Origin: Mycoplasmatota bacterium
GTDB taxonomy: Bacteria; Bacillota_I; Bacilli_A; Izemoplasmatales; Izemoplasmataceae
Length of the DNA: 64,000 nucleotides
Assembly (NCBI GenBank): GCA_030600605.1
Contig: JAUVLT010000002.1
Location: forward strand, 259 to 64,258
Direction: 5' to 3'
Shown here: positions 21,301 through 30,256 of the stretch, piece after piece
Layout: every line of letters begins with the position of its first letter
How positions within the stretch are numbered: position 1 is the stretch's first letter
The notes under the pieces: generated by a model
Databases searched by the model: none
Seen by the model: only the letters and a program-made list of their open reading frames with translations
What the model was told of the DNA's origin: nothing
Made by a program: the position numbers and the translations under genes

Positions 21301-22204
21301 CTAATAATTCTACAGAACCCGTTATTTGTGTTTGACGAACTAGTATATCACCATTAAATACAGCGACACTTAATCCGCCTGATGATGTAACTTCATTATC
21401 ATCATGATAAACTACATCAAATACAATACTATTAGATGAAACTTCCAAATTAGTAATCGTTGCACTAGGTAAAGCATTAGCTAAAGTAGCAAATGCTCCA
21501 CTATATAATAATACATCATCAATATCACCATTTGAATCATCCAAATTATAATCAACTATTACTTTCACTTCATAGTTATGATCTGAAAGTAATCCTGTAA
21601 ATTCAACATTCGTTTGCCCAACAGCTAAGATTTTATTTGTTACTTTTGTTTCTCCAGAATATAGTTCAACTATTAAACTATTTGTCGCAATAACATTATC
21701 AACATCAATAGTATTAAAGTCTATTGATATAGAATCTCTATCCAAAGAGTAGTTTTCTCTCTCAATTGTCGGTGCATCTTTATAAACATAAACTTTAAAT
21801 TCATTATTCTCACTTACTAAGACAGTTTTAGTATTATCACCATCTTGATAAATAATTTCATCAACGCTATAAATAGTATCTTCAAGTGTTGATCCAGTAC
21901 TCATATAAAAATATATTATGGAATTAGTAGATTGATCAGTAAATCTTGTAAAACGGTATTTATACCCATCTATTACAATGGAATTAATTGTAAAATTAGA
22001 AGGATTATTTAATTCTATTCTTACAAACAAATCCTCATTTTTCCCTTTATAATAGATTGATAACTCAGTCCCATCAAAAGGATTTGTGCTTTCAATCATG
22101 ACGCTTGAGTATGATGGTATTACCTTTGTATCAGCAGTTCCATCACAAGCACTCAATGTAAGTCCTATCATTAAAATTGCCATAAATATTAATAGTTTTT
22201 TCAT
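18395..22204 (-). CDS. Large surface lipoprotein with 11 tandem ~100-aa Ig/FN3-like repeats (1269 aa)
   Basis: The ATG at 22202-22204 follows GGAGGA. Signal plus lipobox MKKLLIFMAILMIGLTLSAC. Repeats are each anchored by [DSAT]Y[ND]L[ND]DG-type motifs (DYNLDDSNG, DYNLNDGHG, SYDLNDGKG ...). Confidence 0.85.
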   Translation of the reverse strand: MKKLLIFMAILMIGLTLSACDGTADTKVIPSYSSVMIESTNPFDGTELSIYYKGKNEDLFVRIELNNPSNFTINSIVIDGYKYRFTRFTDQSTNSIIYFYMSTGSTLEDTIYSVDEIIYQDGDNTKTVLVSENNEFKVYVYKDAPTIERENYSLDRDSISIDFNTIDVDNVIATNSLIVELYSGETKVTNKILAVGQTNVEFTGLLSDHNYEVKVIVDYNLDDSNGDIDDVLLYSGAFATLANALPSATITNLEVSSNSIVFDVVYHDDNEVTSSGGLSVAVFNGDILVRQTQITGSVELLVFEDLLNDTEYTLKVLSDYNLNDGHGVLVNNVLALNVFLTLPRIVPEPRILNLSVEENRVLFDLEIDDPLDLINETTLVAKLYVDDILVETANIREYSVDFEVYNFFSNYDFVIEIEASYDLNDGKGIQTDMVIFSEMFTTLQNAIPSVVVEDIIVTQGYVTVYLEVFDDNDTLKSALTAILYEGVTPVATIQFGIDDTELVLGYLVRNSEVYSLEITADYNLRDGLGTVDDYLMFRSILVSQEPKAPAAELINIVSTNNDITLDVNFMDADNTVAAGSITVYLYLEGVLKQFEVLAVGTQTVVFSGLLSNNEYEIIVTSDYNLDDGSGLQVDQVQIVGNITTLEKTIPVGIVGSDLRKTTESIIFDINVEDPDGVIETGTLIAMLYLQDVPTGDEIALDVGPNFDITFAGLLSNTIYEVRIIVAYDLDDGQGIISEYELTNTSIRSVAKDVPTAVISDVSPDKGSITFNVDITDYDDVIQVGTLKALLYIGTTATGDEVVLNVGENFGVIFDGILSDTAYRIKIVTDYYLNDNEAIEEDYQLDRIDTRTVEKDMIYAEEIYDVVLGKTVITFSVDIYDDDLIHTTNLQAVLYKDGTATGDVIPLEVGSNIDKAFTGLLADSNYIIRVETDYDKNDGEGEILAEVLRSYEAITNPLVNPSAVITIITLYDTEIKYEVNVTDSDDTVTNNLKAVLYKDGVATGAEEVLVVGDNTNLFFTGLEFGQEYVIKVETDYNLNSGEADITSALLTSETATTHQIIIVSDVTEDKKQIIFKVETDDEFGIITSNNLEVQLFDLNGIAVGDTITISLTSGVLLMQLYSDNDYYVEISATYNLGTGDVTEVVYTHEFHSVALDIPSILINRDPYHIADNPGGLVITSTTIDLEIEVADDLDGVIVGTLKAYIYANGDEGTVIQEIILVPGTNNIQFTGLDTDNNSYQILIRADANFNYDGTVTTLYIFDEITFIEAN
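18398..21775 (-). repeat. In-frame tandem array of 11 diverged ~300-nt coding repeats
   Basis: Periodicity of about 101 aa between DYNL-type anchors (ORF-track residues 235, 336, 437 ...). Recurring pattern: FTGLLS..Y.V.V..DYNL.DG.G. Confidence 0.8.
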
Positions 22205-22347
22205 ATAACGTCCTCCAACTCTTATCTCTTTTACCTTAAATAAATAATAAATCATTATTTTCCCTTAAAAAGTTTTTACTTAATCTAATTAATTATTTTA
22301 CCATAAAACTATGCTTAAAGCAATATTTAATGCGTTTTAACGGCACT

Positions 22348-23520
22348 TTATTTAATTCCCTTTTTAATGATTTTATTCCCATAAGTGACATTAATATTAT
22401 TTAGCATCTTAATTACTTTTTCCTCTTTCGTTACTTCTTTTGAAACATCAAAGATATTTATCTGTCTAAAATTATTCACATTAGGTTTTATATTCGAGAC
22501 ACTTACACCTAATAATCTTATTGGTAAATCGCTTTGATTATCATCATATAATTGTTCTACAATTTGATATATTTCAAAGAAATTATCAGTATAAAAATCA
22601 AGTGTTTTACTTCGATTAATTTGTGTAAAATCACTATATCTTACTTGAATATTGATCGTCTTAACAACACTTTCATCTTTGATTACTCTATTCACTACTT
22701 TTTTTGTGAGACTTACAAGTTTCGTTAATACAGTTTGATACTCATAAATATCAGTCGCATATGTTTGAGAAGTACCAATACTTTTATATTCGACATAACG
22801 ATGTGGATCAACTGTTCTATTATCTGTTCCTTTCGCTTTTTCAATAAATTCCTTTACTCTATTTCCTAAAACCAATTTTAACTTTTTATGATCTTCATAA
22901 TTAACTAAATCGCCAATTGTATTTATTCCAATAAGTTTTAAATTAGGATAAGTTTTCTTCCCAATTCCGTACATATCCTCAATTGGAAGTGGCCATAATT
23001 TTTCTGCTAAATCTCGTTTTCTTAAAACTGTAATTCCAAGTGGTTTTTTCATATCTGAAGCCATTTTTGCCAAAAACATATTTGGTGCAATACCTATTGA
23101 TACAGGTAGTTTAAATTCATTAAGTAATCTTTTTTGAATTTCTTCAGCAATTTCAACAGGATGCACTTCTTCACTCATATCAGTCATATCTAAATAGCCT
23201 TCATCAATTGAACCTTTTTCAATAATATCTGAATATTCAGATAACAAATTAAAAAATATTTGACTGTATTTTTGATATAAAGCAAAGTTTACAGGCAATA
23301 ATAAAATACTAGGACAAAGTCGTTTTGCCTCAACAACATTCATACCGCTAGATACACCGTACTTTCTGGCAACATAATTAGCAGTTGTTAAAACTCCCCG
23401 ATTACTACTACCACCAATTCCAAGTGGTATTTTAATCAGGCTTTCGTCTTCAGCCATTTCACAACTTGCGAAAAAAGCATTTAAATCAATATGAAATATT
23501 ATTCTGTATTTTTTTTCCAT
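22348..23520 (-). CDS. dinB: DNA polymerase IV (Y-family)
   Basis: IFHIDLNAFFASCE, SIDEGYLD, and the little-finger/HhH region GIGKKT. Confidence 0.9.
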   Translation of the reverse strand: MEKKYRIIFHIDLNAFFASCEMAEDESLIKIPLGIGGSSNRGVLTTANYVARKYGVSSGMNVVEAKRLCPSILLLPVNFALYQKYSQIFFNLLSEYSDIIEKGSIDEGYLDMTDMSEEVHPVEIAEEIQKRLLNEFKLPVSIGIAPNMFLAKMASDMKKPLGITVLRKRDLAEKLWPLPIEDMYGIGKKTYPNLKLIGINTIGDLVNYEDHKKLKLVLGNRVKEFIEKAKGTDNRTVDPHRYVEYKSIGTSQTYATDIYEYQTVLTKLVSLTKKVVNRVIKDESVVKTINIQVRYSDFTQINRSKTLDFYTDNFFEIYQIVEQLYDDNQSDLPIRLLGVSVSNIKPNVNNFRQINIFDVSKEVTKEEKVIKMLNNINVTYGNKIIKKGIK

Positions 23521-23605
23521 AAAAAATCTTTCCTTTTTTTAAATTTTATAATATAATGTAAAAGACATAAATATTATATCACAGATATTTGAATGGGGTG
23601 AAAAT

Positions 23606-23779
23606 GTGCCAACTAGTAAAAAAAGAGTAAAAAAGAACTATGAAGAAGCAGTACCTATTACCAAAAATCCTTTAAAAACTAAATTAGGAAAAGTAGTAAT
23701 TATTATTTTAGCGGGAAGTTTCCTTCTATCAGGTCTTGTAGGTCTAATCTATATACTAATCAAAGGATTTGAAATGTAA
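23606..23779 (+). CDS. Small basic C-terminally TM-anchored protein (57 aa, GTG start)
   Basis: GTG at 23606 lies 4-5 nt after GGGGTGA. Product: MPTSKKRVKKNYEEAVPITKNPLKTKLGKVVIIILAGSFLLSGLVGLIYILIKGFEM. A TATAAT-like box lies upstream and a terminator follows directly. Below the ORF-track size cut-off. Confidence 0.45.
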   Translation: MPTSKKRVKKNYEEAVPITKNPLKTKLGKVVIIILAGSFLLSGLVGLIYILIKGFEM

Positions 23780-23793
23780 TTCAATTAACAAAA

Positions 23794-23815
23794 GTAGCAA
23801 GATTTTTCTTGCTAC
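23794..23815. terminator. Bidirectional rho-independent terminator (small ORF / recN)
   Basis: GTAGCAAGA/TCTTGCTAC stem with a TTTT loop and A/T runs on both sides. Immediately after the recN TAA. Confidence 0.7.
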
Positions 23816-23818
23816 TTT

Positions 23819-25495
23819 TTATTTTAATAATTCTTTAGCGCTTTCTAAAGATGCAGTCGTAACTTTTTCACCAGAAATCATTTGCGCAATTTCTAAAACT
23901 CTATCATCATTTAACAAAGTTTTAATATATGCTCTCGTTCTTTCTTCTTCAACATTTTTACTTATAAAAAGATGATGATCACTAACCGCGGCTACTTGTG
24001 GGATATGAGTTATGCAAATAACTTGAGTTGATTTCGATATTTCTTTAATCTTCTTAGCTACTTGATTAGCTACGAATCCACTAACTCCTGAATCAATCTC
24101 ATCAAAAATTATCAAAGATAAGTGAAGTGAAGTAACTAGTAAACTCTTTAATCCAAGCATTATTCGACTCATTTCTCCACCACTAGCTGCCTTACTTAAT
24201 GGTTTCAATGGTTCTCCAACATTTGTGGTTATTAAGAAATCAACTTCATCAATACCATCACTTAAAAATTGTTGATAATTCAAATGATTATTATCAATTT
24301 CATTTAAAAACTTAATCTTAAAACTACTCTTTTTAAGTTCTAAGTCTTCTAAGATTTTTAATAACTCACTTTCGATAAACAAACTAGTTTTCTTACGTAA
24401 ATCAGAAATTTTTAGAGCCTCTGTTTTTACAAATTCAAAATACTCATTTACTTTTATTTCTTGCTTATTGATAATTTCGTCAAAATTATCAATATTTTTT
24501 ATATCATCTTTCATCGTTTCTAAATAATCAATTAAATCAGGAAGTTCCTTACGGTACTTCCTTTTTAATGAATCTAGACTATTTAATCTATCTTGATATA
24601 CATCCAATAATTTAGGATCAAAATCTAATATTACCAATTGATTTTTAAGTGTTTCAAAAGTGTCATCCAGCTCATAATAAGACTCTAATAATCGTGTCTT
24701 TATTTTAATAAATGATTCTCCAAAATCTTCAATATCCTCAATTTTTTTTGCCGAAGTATATATATTATCTAAAGCACTTGTTGTTTCTAGTAAAACTTTC
24801 GCTTCATTTAAACTTTGATAAATTTTATCAAAGTTTTCCATTTTTTCAACTTGATCCTTCAGCGACTCTTCTTCTAACAAATCAAGATTGTATGATTCTA
24901 ATTCTTTTACTTGAAATTTCATCAAATCTAGTCTTTCTAGTAAATCATTATTTGAATTTTTTAGACGAACTAATTCTTTTAATTCAAAACGATAACTATT
25001 CAATCTATCACGATAGGTATTTAATAGTTGATTTGTTTCCTCGCTTGCAAATCCATCAATTATTTCAATATATGTTTGAGGATTTATCAATCTATGAGTG
25101 TCATGTTGTGTATGAATATCAGCTAGTAATGATGTTATTTCTTTTAATTGGCTTAAAGTTACAGTATGATTATTTATTTTTATAATATTATTATTTGAAG
25201 TTGTAATTTGTCTTTTAATTAATAATTGGTTATCTTCATTTTCAATACCGAAACTGTTTAATAAGCTCGTTATTTTAGGATTAGTAAAAACAAATATTCC
25301 TTCAACTTCAGCTTTTAAAGAACCTGTTCTTACAATGTTTGATGTAGCTCTATCGCCTAACAAGAGACCAATAGCGTCAATAAGCAAGCTTTTCCCAGCA
25401 CCGGTTTCCCCAGTTAAAGAAGTCATTCCCTTATTGAAGTCAACTTCAATATTTTCAATTATTGCAAAATTCTTAACTGAGATATAACTTAGCAT
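23819..25495 (-). CDS. recN: DNA repair protein RecN
   Basis: SMC-like Walker A GETGAGKS, long coiled-coil middle, signature SGGEMSR, Walker B IIFDEID. The ATG at 25493-25495 follows GGAG. Confidence 0.92.
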   Translation of the reverse strand: MLSYISVKNFAIIENIEVDFNKGMTSLTGETGAGKSLLIDAIGLLLGDRATSNIVRTGSLKAEVEGIFVFTNPKITSLLNSFGIENEDNQLLIKRQITTSNNNIIKINNHTVTLSQLKEITSLLADIHTQHDTHRLINPQTYIEIIDGFASEETNQLLNTYRDRLNSYRFELKELVRLKNSNNDLLERLDLMKFQVKELESYNLDLLEEESLKDQVEKMENFDKIYQSLNEAKVLLETTSALDNIYTSAKKIEDIEDFGESFIKIKTRLLESYYELDDTFETLKNQLVILDFDPKLLDVYQDRLNSLDSLKRKYRKELPDLIDYLETMKDDIKNIDNFDEIINKQEIKVNEYFEFVKTEALKISDLRKKTSLFIESELLKILEDLELKKSSFKIKFLNEIDNNHLNYQQFLSDGIDEVDFLITTNVGEPLKPLSKAASGGEMSRIMLGLKSLLVTSLHLSLIIFDEIDSGVSGFVANQVAKKIKEISKSTQVICITHIPQVAAVSDHHLFISKNVEEERTRAYIKTLLNDDRVLEIAQMISGEKVTTASLESAKELLK

Positions 25496-25514
25496 ATTCA
25501 CACTCCGTTCGATA

Positions 25515-27371
25515 TTAAATTAATTTTTCAATCGTTTTAATAATACTTGCTAAATCCAAATTTAACTCTTTTAATATTTCTTCTTTTGTACCTTGATTCA
25601 CAAATTGATCTTCAATACCCATTAAAGTAATATTTGTTATATTCAGTTTATTGTTAACAAAATATTCAAGTATTGCACTTCCGAATCCACCTTGTTTAGT
25701 AGATTCTTCATAGATAATAATTGGTACATTTTTCTCTGATACATATTTTAAAACTTCTTCATCTAAAGGCTTAATAAACTTACCATCAACAATACAAACA
25801 TCTAAATTAAGTTTAGTAACCTCTTCTTTTACTTGTTCTAAGATAGAACCAAAAGCTATAAATACTGCTTTCTCGCCATCCTTCATAATTTCCCATTTAG
25901 GAAGTTGATAAATGCTACTAGGAATGCCTTTACTAAAATCATAAAATATGTTTCCTTTTTCATAACGTATTGCGAATGGTCCTGTATTAACTTTAAAAGC
26001 ATAATTTAGTATTTTAAATGCTTCTATAGGATTTCTCGGATGAGCAATCTTTATATTTGGAATATGTCTTAAAAGCGGAATATCGTAAATACCTTGATGG
26101 GTTTCACCATCTGCTCCAACAATTCCTGCTCGATCTATTCCAAAAACAACTTTTAAATTTTGACGAGCAACATCATGATTAACTTGATCATATGCTCTTT
26201 GAATAAATGTTGAATAAATCGGTGTGAAAACATCAACATTACTTGTCGCAAATCCACTAGACATTGTCACAGCCATTTGTTCTGCTATTCCGACATCAAT
26301 TATTCTATCTGGATATAATTCTTTATATTTAAGAAAACTGCTACCACCAATCATTGCTGGAATAACAACTACAAACTCTTCTTTTTCTTTTGCATAATTA
26401 ATCATATATTCAGATATTATTTTACTCCAAGAATGAACATTATCCTTAACTGTACTTAGAGATTCTCCTGTTTTAACTGAAAACGGACTAACTCCGTGCC
26501 AATAACCTGACTGATCTGCTTCACTAAATTTGTAACCTTTTCCTTTTTCAGTTAACACGTGAATTACACATGGTTTACTTGATTTCTTAGCGCTTTCTAA
26601 ATACTTGATAAGCTCTTTAAAATCATGTCCATTTATCGGACCATAATAAGAAAATCCTAACTCATCAAAAAGAGTATTATTAATAAAAAATCCTTTAACT
26701 CCTCTTTCAACTTTACTAGTTAATTTAGTAAGAAATCTAGGTAATATTTTATATGTTTTTGCTTTTATTTTACGGTATGTTGTTTTACTTCTTATATTAT
26801 TTAAAATTCTAGATAAATAGCCAATATTTTCACCTATACTCATCTCATTATCATTTAGGATAATAATTGGTTGATGATCTTTGTTTCCCCCTAAAAAGTT
26901 AAGAGCTTCAAATGCCATTCCCCCAGTTAACGCTCCGTCTCCAATAATTGGAATTACTTTATGGGAATTACCATTATACTTCTTAGAAAACTCTATTCCT
27001 GCTGCCGCAGCAATACTAGTAGAACTATGTCCAGCTTCATAAATATCATGAACTGATTCTGTTTTCTTTAAGAATCCACTAAGACCTTTATATTGTCTTA
27101 ATGTATCAAAATCTTTAGCACGTCCTGTTAAAATTTTATGAGTATACCCTTGATGTCCAACATCAAAAATTATTTTATCTTTAGGGCTCTCAAAAACTTT
27201 ATGAAGAGCAATTGTTAATTCAACAACGCCTAAATTAGAAGACAAATGTCCTCCTGTTTTTGATACACTTTCAATTAAAAACGTTCTAATTTCTTTGCTT
27301 AATTCATTTAATTCTTTAATTGATAAATCAGATAAAAAACTGGGGTCTTTTATCTCTTTTAAATTTATCAT
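25515..27371 (-). CDS. dxs: 1-deoxy-D-xylulose-5-phosphate synthase (MEP pathway)
   Basis: GGHLSSNLG, DVGHQGY, the thiamine-PP motif GDGALTGG...NDN, and ADGETH. Confidence 0.95.
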   Translation of the reverse strand: MINLKEIKDPSFLSDLSIKELNELSKEIRTFLIESVSKTGGHLSSNLGVVELTIALHKVFESPKDKIIFDVGHQGYTHKILTGRAKDFDTLRQYKGLSGFLKKTESVHDIYEAGHSSTSIAAAAGIEFSKKYNGNSHKVIPIIGDGALTGGMAFEALNFLGGNKDHQPIIILNDNEMSIGENIGYLSRILNNIRSKTTYRKIKAKTYKILPRFLTKLTSKVERGVKGFFINNTLFDELGFSYYGPINGHDFKELIKYLESAKKSSKPCVIHVLTEKGKGYKFSEADQSGYWHGVSPFSVKTGESLSTVKDNVHSWSKIISEYMINYAKEKEEFVVVIPAMIGGSSFLKYKELYPDRIIDVGIAEQMAVTMSSGFATSNVDVFTPIYSTFIQRAYDQVNHDVARQNLKVVFGIDRAGIVGADGETHQGIYDIPLLRHIPNIKIAHPRNPIEAFKILNYAFKVNTGPFAIRYEKGNIFYDFSKGIPSSIYQLPKWEIMKDGEKAVFIAFGSILEQVKEEVTKLNLDVCIVDGKFIKPLDEEVLKYVSEKNVPIIIYEESTKQGGFGSAILEYFVNNKLNITNITLMGIEDQFVNQGTKEEILKELNLDLASIIKTIEKLI

Positions 27372-27384
27372 AAAACCACCTCTA

Positions 27385-27594
27385 TTATTCTTTAAAGTCG
27401 ATTAACTCATCATCTTTCATCATCTTAACAATAACACCTTCTGCATCCTTAAGTAAATCATGACAGTGTTTACTAAGTTTCATACCTTCATTATACTTCT
27501 TTACGGCTTGATTTAGTTCGATTTCACCATTTTCTAAATCTTTTACTAATGTTTCTAATTCTTCTAATGCTTGTTCAAAAGTCTTTTCCGCCAT
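27385..27594 (-). CDS. xseB: Exodeoxyribonuclease VII small subunit
   Basis: 69 aa; FEQALEELETLVKDLENGEI is the typical XseB N-terminus. Start/stop coupled to xseA. Confidence 0.9.
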   Translation of the reverse strand: MAEKTFEQALEELETLVKDLENGEIELNQAVKKYNEGMKLSKHCHDLLKDAEGVIVKMMKDDELIDFKE

Positions 27595-28871
27595 TATTTT
27601 TCACCCTTTCTTTTGTTAGTAATGTTTGCGTTTAATACTCCATCACTAACTAATATATCAATATTATCATTAATTTTTACATCATTAACGCTCTTAATAA
27701 GAAGACCGTCTTTTCTTAATACTGAATAACCTTTCTTCATTATTGTTAAAGGATTTAATAATTCTAATTTGTTGATTGACATAACATAACTATTTTGTTT
27801 TTTTATTAAATATCTTTCGTAATAATCATTTAATCTCTTAACTGTGGTAGATAAGTCTATTTTACTTTGTTTTAATCTGTTCTTAGGATTCAATAGCTCA
27901 AGTAATTCACTAGCGTGATCTAATCTTCTCGATTTTTTTTCAGTTACTCTTAGTGGATCACTAAAAACATATGAACTTTCTATTCTAGTTAATGATTCTA
28001 TTTTATATTTTAAAAGTTGATTCAAACTAACTTTATTTTGATTATTCATTCTCTCAATATAGTTTAATAATTCAATTTGATTAGGAACTGATAGTTCCGC
28101 ACCACCTGATGGTGTAGGAGCTCTTAAATCCGCTACAAAATCACTTATTGTAAAATCAGTCTCATGTCCGACACTTGATATTATTGGTACCAATGAATTA
28201 TATATTGCATAAGCAACTTCTTCTTCATTAAACGGCCATAAATCTTCAATACTTCCTCCACCTCTACCCAAAATGATTACATCAGCTAACTTTTGCTTAT
28301 TCACTAATTCTAATTGTTTAACTATTGAATCTTTTGCATTTGGTCCTTGTACTAATGTTGGATAAACAATAATACTAGCCAAAGGATATCTTCTATTAAC
28401 AATGTGAATTACGTCTCTAACTGCAGCCCCTGTTGGACTTGTTAAAACGGCAATTGTTTTAGGAAATTTCGGAATAGCAATTTTATGAGTATCATCAAAT
28501 AAACCTTCACTTGATAATTTCTTTTTAAGTTGTTCATACGCTAAATACAAATTACCAAGTCCATCTTCACTCATTTTGTGAACGTATATTTGATAATTTC
28601 CACTACTCTCAAATACTGATATATAACCCTCAACCAAAATACTCATTCCATTTGTTGGTGTAAAAATCACCTTATTAGCACTAGACGCAAACATAATTGC
28701 ACTTATCTGTGCTTTATCGTCTTTTAAAGTGAAATAATAATGCCCTCTTGAATGATGCTTAAAATTAGAAATTTCCCCTTTTAAAAGCACATTTTTTAAA
28801 TGTGTATCATTATCAAACTTATATTTTATATATTTTGTTAAAGCTGTTACAGTAAGATATTTTTTTTCCAT
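27594..28871 (-). CDS. xseA: Exodeoxyribonuclease VII large subunit
   Basis: N-terminal OB fold (LKGEISNFKHHSRGHYYFTLKD), catalytic region RGGGSIEDLWPFN and GHETDFT. Confidence 0.92.
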   Translation of the reverse strand: MEKKYLTVTALTKYIKYKFDNDTHLKNVLLKGEISNFKHHSRGHYYFTLKDDKAQISAIMFASSANKVIFTPTNGMSILVEGYISVFESSGNYQIYVHKMSEDGLGNLYLAYEQLKKKLSSEGLFDDTHKIAIPKFPKTIAVLTSPTGAAVRDVIHIVNRRYPLASIIVYPTLVQGPNAKDSIVKQLELVNKQKLADVIILGRGGGSIEDLWPFNEEEVAYAIYNSLVPIISSVGHETDFTISDFVADLRAPTPSGGAELSVPNQIELLNYIERMNNQNKVSLNQLLKYKIESLTRIESSYVFSDPLRVTEKKSRRLDHASELLELLNPKNRLKQSKIDLSTTVKRLNDYYERYLIKKQNSYVMSINKLELLNPLTIMKKGYSVLRKDGLLIKSVNDVKINDNIDILVSDGVLNANITNKRKGEK

Positions 28872-28878
28872 AATAGGC

Positions 28879-29274
28879 CTACTTTTTCAAATATATTTTA
28901 ATATTGTCTAAAACTTTATTCGTAAAACCAACCATCTTACTATCACCCTCATCAGAATACTTTCGAGTTAGATTAAGGGCTTCATTTATAACGATCTCAA
29001 AAGCAGTATCTGTATAATATAATTCATATACCGCAAAACGAATAATCGCTCTATCTACAAACGATAACCGATTAATTTTCCAATTAACTAAGTTATTGAT
29101 AATAATTTCATCAATTTTATGCAAATTGCTTAAAACTCCTTCAATTGATTCAGTAATATATTCATATTTTGAATCACTATCCAAAAATTCTTTATTAATG
29201 TCAATCTCAAACAATTTTTGGATAATTTGTTCTCTTTGTTCTCTTCTGCTTAAATTACTTTTTTCGTCCATCAT
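28879..29274 (-). CDS. nusB: Transcription antitermination factor NusB
   Basis: RREQREQIIQKLFE ... AIIRFAVYEL ... INEALNLTRKY. The ATG at 29272-29274 follows GAGGT. Confidence 0.88.
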   Translation of the reverse strand: MMDEKSNLSRREQREQIIQKLFEIDINKEFLDSDSKYEYITESIEGVLSNLHKIDEIIINNLVNWKINRLSFVDRAIIRFAVYELYYTDTAFEIVINEALNLTRKYSDEGDSKMVGFTNKVLDNIKIYLKK

Positions 29275-29446
29275 ATTTACCTCTTTATTATACATATTAT
29301 AAAATATATCATATTATAGGTAAAATAAAAAGCATAATATAATGATTTTACTTGAATAATATGTTGGGAATATGAACTAATTAATTCGATAAATAATGAA
29401 ATATACACTTGTTATTCTTATGTTGACCATATTAAATAAAATTATA

Positions 29447-29478
29447 AAGAAAGCAGTCTTTTGCAAGACTGCTTTCTT
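29447..29478 (-). terminator. Rho-independent terminator after the esterase gene
   Basis: 14-bp stem AAGAAAGCAGTCTT/AAGACTGCTTTCTT with a TTGC loop. Overlaps the stop codon. Confidence 0.7.
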
Positions 29479-30247
29479 ATCCATTAAAAAGGAATTTTAT
29501 AATTTCTGGGAATCTTTTCTCCCAGGCAGATTCATGGTGAATTGCGTCTTTTACTATTTCAAATTTAATAACTTCAGGATCTAATTTATCTTTTAATATA
29601 TCAAATATCTCTTGATTTGATTCTAAATACTCTGTGACACGTTCTTTACTTTCCGATTCTTTAGTTCCAACATCTAAATATATTTTCTTTATTTTTGAGA
29701 CATCTGCTTGTTTGGTCAGTTTAATCATCTCTTTTTGAATCGGAAAATATGCATTTGATATACATCCAAATCTAGTAAAATATTTCGAATATTTTAAAGC
29801 TGCATAAGTGGAGCATACTCCACCAAAAGACGATCCCATAATTCCAGTATTTTTAGAGCTCTTAAATGTTCTATATGTTCTATCAATATACACTTTCAAA
29901 GTGTTAATGATAAATGCAATGTAGTCATCTGTTTTTCCTCCGAAAAACTCTCCATCTTTATCAAATTTAAATTTGTAAGGTACTAACTCGTCACTTCTTG
30001 ATTCTCCAGATTCAATTCCAACAATTATAATTTCTGGTAAATCAGAGTGATTTTCATAAGTTTCTAAAATCCCCCAACTTTTCCCATACTTTGTTAGTAT
30101 ATCATCAAATAGATTTTGACCATCATGCATATATAATACTGGATAGAATTTATCCGTCTTATAATAACTCTTTGGCAACGATACAAAAATTCTTATCTCT
30201 CTTTTTAATTCTACAGAATAGATTTTAAAAACAGTGTATTCTTTCAT
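29477..30247 (-). CDS. Alpha/beta-hydrolase, 'putative esterase' (esterase D-like) family
   Basis: YPVLYMHDGQN, nucleophile elbow GSSFGG, C-terminal His (AIHHES). Lies 9 nt downstream of the oligo-1,6-glucosidase stop, so probably co-transcribed. Confidence 0.75.
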   Translation of the reverse strand: MKEYTVFKIYSVELKREIRIFVSLPKSYYKTDKFYPVLYMHDGQNLFDDILTKYGKSWGILETYENHSDLPEIIIVGIESGESRSDELVPYKFKFDKDGEFFGGKTDDYIAFIINTLKVYIDRTYRTFKSSKNTGIMGSSFGGVCSTYAALKYSKYFTRFGCISNAYFPIQKEMIKLTKQADVSKIKKIYLDVGTKESESKERVTEYLESNQEIFDILKDKLDPEVIKFEIVKDAIHHESAWEKRFPEIIKFLFNG

Positions 30248-30256
30248 TTAATCACC

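Noticed and set aside
18398-21775. Tandem repeats here and at 49173-52085 as possible CRISPR or satellite arrays
   Set aside because: The repeats are 300-380 nt, in-frame, diverged, and lie inside long ORFs. They have no short direct repeats with unique spacers and no cas genes. They are protein-domain repeats.
24712-25185. 157-aa plus-strand ORF inside recN
   Set aside because: It is antisense to recN, with Leu/Phe-rich nonsense composition and no start context.
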